From Gammaproteobacteria bacterium (GTDB lineage: Bacteria; Pseudomonadota; Gammaproteobacteria; JAJPIJ01), in the NCBI GenBank assembly GCA_022071965.1, contig JAJVIQ010000006.1, forward strand, positions 2,351 through 66,350: DNA of 64,000 bases. The letters are read 5' to 3'. The position numbers and the translations under genes are program-made. A model generated the notes under the pieces. That model was not told where the DNA came from. It saw only the letters and a list, made by a program, of their open reading frames with translations, and did not search any database. Positions 58,938 to 64,000 of this stretch are shown piece by piece; position 1 is the stretch's first letter; each line of letters opens with the position of its first letter.

Positions 58938-60599
58938 TTAGCGACACACGGGAATCGAGTAGGCTCCACTCACTCGAACAATTCGCTGAATACACTGCCA
59001 GAACGGAACCGCCACACCATTACAGTTCGCAGGCAACACTGCTCCTCCCACGTGAAAGTATGGAATTCGCACGGAAGTCTCTGCATATGTGGCATTCAAT
59101 GTCAGCGTCATCCCACCTGCGTGGGAGGTATTTATCGGGTCAGGGTCCGCGCCAAAGTAAGTGGCTGTGCACCCAGTAACCGGAATGAGGCCGCCTGCTG
59201 ACCAATAACCGTCTCCGCACGTACCGCCACTCACGACAATGGGAGGCGTTTGGCCTGTGGGGAAGTAAATGCCCACAGTAAGGTACTTGAGCAAAGGGTT
59301 GCTGGTATCCGTCCATGACACATTGCTCAGATTATACGGAAATACATCCTGCAAACTACGCGTGACTCCCGGACAGAGGCATCCCGGTTGCGAATTGCAT
59401 TTTGATTCTATCTTGAGGTCGAGAGGCTCGTTGGGACTACAGTCACTGCCGTCAGCCCGCGTGCACTCGACTGCCACAGAATACGTTCCCGGCGATAGCG
59501 TGCCGAGCCCTAAAGGCACAAAGAACATAGCCGAGGGCTTGTCTACGGTGGTGGAGCTTCCCCATCCTCTTGGGCACACCTGTGGCGTTCCGTATACGGC
59601 GTCCGCCATGTCAGCAAGCGTTTTAGCAGTACAACCTTCAGTGTCCAGGATCAGACCGGGTTGGGGCTCGCCAGACAGAGTCGCTGCCGGTGATGTGCCA
59701 ACACGACCCCCGTAGCTAAAGCTTTGCATTATTGGATTAGTGAGCGATCCGCCGGACACCTTAATCGTAACCTCGTCAAGATCAAATCCATTGATCGCAA
59801 TCTTCACGCCCATTGCACGCGGATTCAACGCACTCAGTTCCGTTTGGGTAAACGTGTCTTTCGGATGCAGCGAAGCAGTATAAGGGCTACCGTGTTCGGG
59901 GTAGTTCAATACCTGAAGCGGGTTGCGCTTGGTATCGACGATATAGCCCAAATGCAAATGTGGAACGAGGCTGCCACTGCCACCGGAGTTACCGGTTGCC
60001 GCGATAATGTCCCCAACGTTGACTTGATTTGCAACACGGAATCTGATGCCCGGAAAATTATTATGAACGATAATCTGCTCAATTGGGCCCTTTGCCTTGC
60101 ATGTCGAATCAATCAACGCTTTGGAACTTGCTCCGTCGGCCACAAAAATTACTGTGCATACAAACGGATGATTAACACTAATCCGGAGGCCGCCAGCGCT
60201 CACAGATCGATGAAACTCGTAGTAGTCCAGCGCAAAGTTGCCGCTCACGATGGGAAATGTTGTCGAAGATGCCGCGAATAGATGCGCAAAGAGAAAGCGT
60301 CCATGATTGGCATCTCCTTTAGGCGCAATCTGAATTCTGTTCCCCGTTGTAGTCGGTGCATGATTGAAAGGATAAATGGCGACGATATTGCCAATAACGT
60401 TGGAACGTAGCGCAGTCCCAGCCGCCGCCCGGTAGTCGATACCATCGTGGAACTTGTTGCCCTCCCCGCTGAGATAGCGGGGCCCGAAGATGCTAGTCTT
60501 CGGTCCAGTCGTTGGCTCGGCGTATTGCGTTGCATACACGTCTGTTGAAAATAGAAACAAACAGCACACAACAATGTCTCTTGTCATCCGCACGAACAT
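58938..60599 (-). CDS. Secreted M23-family metallopeptidase (LytM-like) with extra C-terminal Cys-rich domains
   Basis: Signal peptide, ...FHDGIDYRAAAGTALRSNVIGNI... (HxxxD) and ...GNSGGSGSLVPHLHLGY (HxH). Local GC is markedly lower than the core. Confidence 0.75.
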   Translation of the reverse strand: MFVRMTRDIVVCCLFLFSTDVYATQYAEPTTGPKTSIFGPRYLSGEGNKFHDGIDYRAAAGTALRSNVIGNIVAIYPFNHAPTTTGNRIQIAPKGDANHGRFLFAHLFAASSTTFPIVSGNFALDYYEFHRSVSAGGLRISVNHPFVCTVIFVADGASSKALIDSTCKAKGPIEQIIVHNNFPGIRFRVANQVNVGDIIAATGNSGGSGSLVPHLHLGYIVDTKRNPLQVLNYPEHGSPYTASLHPKDTFTQTELSALNPRAMGVKIAINGFDLDEVTIKVSGGSLTNPIMQSFSYGGRVGTSPAATLSGEPQPGLILDTEGCTAKTLADMADAVYGTPQVCPRGWGSSTTVDKPSAMFFVPLGLGTLSPGTYSVAVECTRADGSDCSPNEPLDLKIESKCNSQPGCLCPGVTRSLQDVFPYNLSNVSWTDTSNPLLKYLTVGIYFPTGQTPPIVVSGGTCGDGYWSAGGLIPVTGCTATYFGADPDPINTSHAGGMTLTLNATYAETSVRIPYFHVGGAVLPANCNGVAVPFWQCIQRIVRVSGAYSIPVCR

Positions 60600-60613
60600 A
60601 GGTCAATCCCTTA

Positions 60614-61918
60614 TTAGCCGTCGCAGGTTGGACAATTGGAGATGACGTTGCCATCCTGAATTACCGAGTAGACGCCGATGGCAGTTTCTTCGTAAGTAGG
60701 AGGCGTGCCAACATCCGGGTCATAGCGATACTCCCATGTTTGGCCCGTGGTCATGTTTATGAACTTAATGAATCCGTCCTGCCCGGCTGCCGAGCCTGCC
60801 TCCGTGCCTTGCCACACGAGCACATGGCCGTTTCTCGACAGCCACGCGCGCCACACCGACACCGTAGGTCCAAAATCCTTCTTCTCAAATGAGCGCGTGC
60901 CCTTGTTGTCGTAGACCACAAGGTTCTCGATAGCATCGCCGTCACAGACCGGCAGAAGCACGGCCTGACCGGAGTGGGAAAGTGACAGGTCTGACTGGCA
61001 GAAGCCCTTGCCGGACGGGGCAGTTAATTGGTAGAGCTGACCGCTGGCGTCGTACATAGTAAAAATCGCGCTCTCCAGCTCCGCTTCGTCCGAATCGCCG
61101 GAAAGGACGGCGTTGTTGACGAGTGACGACGTGAAGACGCCTGCGCGTGTCTGATCGTCGGATACGACCGCCACCTCGATTATGGTGCGATCAAAGCTGT
61201 TACCCGCGGCATCTGTGAATCTGGTCGTCTGAGATCTTGTCACTGGAATGGTGTATAGCGTATTGCCAGTCGAGTCGATAAAACGCACCCCTGCGTTTGT
61301 CACAACGGCAACATTGCTATTTTGCGGCGGGGCGCTCTTGGAGAAGTCCACCCATGCGGCCAGCGACGTGACCGGCTTGTCCGAATCGGCGAACCGCGCT
61401 TCAATGACGAGATATATGCGCTGTTCTCTGTGGCTCTCCAACTCGCCGTGGAAGTACAACGTCACTGGTCCACTAGTCGGCGGAGAGCACGGAGGTCGGG
61501 CATGCCCGTATGTAGTCTTGTCGTGGTCGCTCTTTCGTGTGTTGATTCTGCGTGAAGGTGTCGTCTCATTCTCTCTTGCGCATGGATAGGCATCATAATT
61601 GTCACTCTCATCCCATGAGTCATACTTGTGCTCCCGACCATGATGTTCCCCGCGCGACGCCACTGCATTCAATGTCGCACGAGCGAGACGGCGCCCTGGC
61701 GTGCCATCCGGGGTGAGTACTCTTAGAACCGCGCTCTCGACGATCAGCCCCGGTTCGTCGACTTCGACGACTGCGTTCATAGGTTGGTCCCGGTAGACCT
61801 TAAGAATGCGTGGATAGATATAAGGTGCATCGAGACGAGCAGGCGCTGCGAACACACTGATACTTATCAATAGCAGAAAACATGTCGTGCACCAGCAGTG
61901 TCGGTAACTCATCGCCAT
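60614..61918 (-). CDS. Secreted hypothetical protein (434 aa), co-oriented with and 15 nt upstream of the M23 peptidase
   Basis: N-terminal signal peptide (CFLLLISISVFAAPA). No recognised domain. Low GC. Confidence 0.5.
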   Translation of the reverse strand: MAMSYRHCWCTTCFLLLISISVFAAPARLDAPYIYPRILKVYRDQPMNAVVEVDEPGLIVESAVLRVLTPDGTPGRRLARATLNAVASRGEHHGREHKYDSWDESDNYDAYPCARENETTPSRRINTRKSDHDKTTYGHARPPCSPPTSGPVTLYFHGELESHREQRIYLVIEARFADSDKPVTSLAAWVDFSKSAPPQNSNVAVVTNAGVRFIDSTGNTLYTIPVTRSQTTRFTDAAGNSFDRTIIEVAVVSDDQTRAGVFTSSLVNNAVLSGDSDEAELESAIFTMYDASGQLYQLTAPSGKGFCQSDLSLSHSGQAVLLPVCDGDAIENLVVYDNKGTRSFEKKDFGPTVSVWRAWLSRNGHVLVWQGTEAGSAAGQDGFIKFINMTTGQTWEYRYDPDVGTPPTYEETAIGVYSVIQDGNVISNCPTCDG

Positions 61919-62071
61919 TGCCTTTGTCGTGACTGTCTTTTAACTCACCGCGACCACGGCTGCGTGCGCATGCGAGTTTCCCTTGTCTGCTGCCCAACGA
62001 GGCAGCCAGCGATGAATAGCGGCAACACCAGCAAGTCGAATTGACGGCGATTCCGGCGTATTAAATGTTTC

Positions 62072-62206
62072 ATACGGCCTCCCGCGTTGTGCATTGCGAC
62101 AGCAACTGCTGGCCTGTTATAGGGTCCACCCTGCGCCTGGCTGGGTCACTGATCGGTCACGGATTGCGATCGCTCATCAGCAACGTGAGCAATACGTCGT
62201 CGGTAC
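62072..62206. repeat. Direct repeat copy 2 (about 135 bp)
   Basis: Same orientation as copy 1 with a few mismatches. Together the two copies bracket the two-gene M23 cassette (58938-61918). Confidence 0.9.
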
Positions 62207-62680
62207 TGGCGTCCAGAAGCGCGGCGCGGCGCCTATCAGGCAACTTAAGCCTAGCCTGCACGATAACGACGGTCAGGTATGTAACAGTTACAGAAGTGGG
62301 CAGCGCGGTCGTCGCGAGCATTACTGGCCGACCCTGCGAGGCCGGTCACGGCCGCCGCCTTGAACTCCGCCATAAGGGGACTAAAGTGAAAAATAGATAC
62401 GCTGCAGTTCGTGCGACGCGCCGGTCGGTGCCGCACTGCACGCTGAGCGTCGTCGAGGTGGGGCTGCAATGCGCGCGCAAGGGCGCCGCGGCGCGGACCC
62501 CGTAGGAGACCATCCTGACAGCCAAATCATCGGGGCTCGGCCGCCGCGCCGAACCCCGATTTCCTGCCATAGCCGCTGCGTGTATTCGATGCTGTGGCCC
62601 CGCAGCGTGTCCATCGGAGTTGCATCGTGACAGTCCAATGCGGCTCTCCAATGCAGAAGCCCAATAGAACGGGCGGGTAG

Positions 62681-63142
62681 CTACCGGATCTGATAGACAC
62701 GATAAGAAACGCCTGTTGGCGTGCGTCGACCGACGCCCACCGACACAATGCGGTTCAGCCACTGGTATTCCCTGGCGGATGTTTCGAAGACAGGCGTGAT
62801 ACGGAAGTAATATTCACGGGGGTCGACGTCCTCGCCGGCCCGCACCCGCTGCAGAACCTGGGGTTCGACATCGAAAACGCCGTGATACCGTGTGTAGATC
62901 ATGGCGAGGTCGTCCGTGCGCAGCGTGATCCGGACGTCCAGCTGGATGACGCCGTCCGGGCGGTCCAGCGCCCAGTCTCCGCCACCCGCCAGCACCTCAC
63001 CCGACAGCTTCGGGCCGGCGAACCGTCCTCCCTTCGCGTAGAGGTTCCGGCGAAAGCCGGCCGGGGTTTGGCCGACGACCTGCACCTCCTCGAGAGTCAC
63101 GGTAAGATCCATGAGGACCTCCGATTGCAGCTGAGTAGTCAT
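62681..63142 (-). CDS. DUF3237-like small protein
   Basis: MTTQLQSEVLMDLTVTLEEVQVVGQTPAGFRRNLYAKGGRFAGPKLSGEVLAGGGDWALDRPDGVIQLDVRITLRTDD... at high GC, resembles the DUF3237 beta-barrel family. Confidence 0.5.
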   Translation of the reverse strand: MTTQLQSEVLMDLTVTLEEVQVVGQTPAGFRRNLYAKGGRFAGPKLSGEVLAGGGDWALDRPDGVIQLDVRITLRTDDLAMIYTRYHGVFDVEPQVLQRVRAGEDVDPREYYFRITPVFETSAREYQWLNRIVSVGVGRRTPTGVSYRVYQIR

Positions 63143-63183
63143 GCCACGTTGCAGAGGCTACGTCCGCGATCTCGGGGCGGCCG

Positions 63184-64000
63184 CTAGGCCAGACCCGCCA
63201 CCTTTTTCCCGCGCTCGTACTCGGCAGCGAGTCTTGGATCCAGAAAGAAGATCTTCGACACATCTGGCCAGTCGGCCCTGACGATCGCAGCCTCGGCACG
63301 CGCCTCCTCTACCCGCCCGCATACTCCCAGTGTGATGGCGAGGTCGTAGTGATTGGGTATGAAATGCACGTTGACCTCTATGCCGCGGCGTTGCGCCTCG
63401 ATCGCCTGCTCGTATCGCCCGAGTGCGAAGAGGCATTTGCCGAGGGCATAGAGATAAAAACTCGAGGGATGAGGGTGCAACCGCATGCCGGCCTCTATAT
63501 AGCGCATGGCCTCCTCGCCGTGACCGCACGCAGCGAGTGACAGTGCGAGGAAGAGGCGTGCATCCGCATTGTTCGGATCGAGAGTGCAGGCACGACGACC
63601 CGCCGCGATCGCGCTCTCGCCATCCCTGTAGAAGAGCATTACCCATCCCAGGATGGCGTGAGCGAACGCAAGCTGCTCATCCAGTTCGATGGCACGGCGA
63701 ACATGCTGAAGCGCAGGCACCATCGTCTTCGAGAAGTCCGATACCCAGTTGATGCCGTACTGGAAGACGAAGGTTCGTGCCAGCCACGCGTGCGCTAGGG
63801 CGAAGTCCGGGTCGAGCTCGAGCGCGCGGCGGAAGTGCTTCTGGGCCTCTGCGAGCGATACCCGCGTGTAGATCCAGAACTGCCCGAGGCCGCGCAGCAG
63901 GGCATCGTGCGCCTCCACACTCCGTGTCCCCTCGTGACCGAGGCGGTCCGCCTCTACCGGGCTGAGCTTGATCTTCAGGGCCTGAACGATGCTGCGTGCC
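63184..64000 (-). CDS. TPR-repeat protein; its 5' end lies beyond the window
   Basis: Repeated TPR-like helical hairpins (ALELDPDFALAHAWLARTF..., AIELDEQLAFAHAILGWVM..., ACTLDPNNADARLFLALSL...). The reading frame stays open to position 64000. Confidence 0.7.
   Translation of the reverse strand, partial: ARSIVQALKIKLSPVEADRLGHEGTRSVEAHDALLRGLGQFWIYTRVSLAEAQKHFRRALELDPDFALAHAWLARTFVFQYGINWVSDFSKTMVPALQHVRRAIELDEQLAFAHAILGWVMLFYRDGESAIAAGRRACTLDPNNADARLFLALSLAACGHGEEAMRYIEAGMRLHPHPSSFYLYALGKCLFALGRYEQAIEAQRRGIEVNVHFIPNHYDLAITLGVCGRVEEARAEAAIVRADWPDVSKIFFLDPRLAAEYERGKKVAGLA

Noticed and set aside
62521-62580. Possible attR: a short match (tcctgcc, cgaacccc) to the tRNA T-arm/3' end
   Set aside because: Only 7-8 nt of similarity, which is not distinguishable from chance in GC-rich DNA. 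The island right boundary is left unresolved.

Overview
This window reads as chromosomal DNA from a high-GC (about 65-70% in the core part) Gram-negative bacterium, probably a gammaproteobacterium, in two parts. Positions 1 to about 32.4 kb are conserved core genome: rho (3' part), a HIT hydrolase, cysDN, NUDIX, tesA divergent from ybbA-ybbP, hemH, a five-gene minus-strand operon containing a PQQ quinoprotein dehydrogenase, tauE, slt, cca, tag, folB divergent from plsY, and tsaD divergent from rpsU-yqeY-dnaG-rpoD. A tRNA with anticodon CAU lies directly after rpoD at 32432-32507, in the position that ileX (tRNA-Ile2) occupies in enterobacteria. From that tRNA onward (32.4 kb to at least 62.2 kb) lies a tRNA-integrated genomic island of lower and patchy GC. 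Its right end could not be located by eye. The island carries a tyrosine integrase overlapping the tRNA 3' end, RHH, excisionase-like and AlpA regulators, a prim-pol/AAA_25 primase-helicase, an SbcD/SbcC-like (Mre11/Rad50-like) pair, and a six-gene translationally coupled operon encoding a TM/zinc-ribbon protein, a J-domain protein, E1, a ubiquitin-like protein, E2 and a JAB protease. It also carries an apparently intact IS3-family (IS407-group) element, an alpha/beta-hydrolase lipoprotein, a CsrA homologue, a HipA-like kinase coupled to a DUF3037 protein, a signal-peptide-bearing RHS toxin with a dockerin-like module coupled to a cohesin-like anchor protein, and an M23-peptidase cassette bracketed by about 135-bp direct repeats. 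The most notable element is the Bil-like ubiquitin-like conjugation operon with its unusual J-domain and membrane zinc-ribbon accessory genes. All calls rest on reading the translated ORFs and the sequence; no database search was possible.
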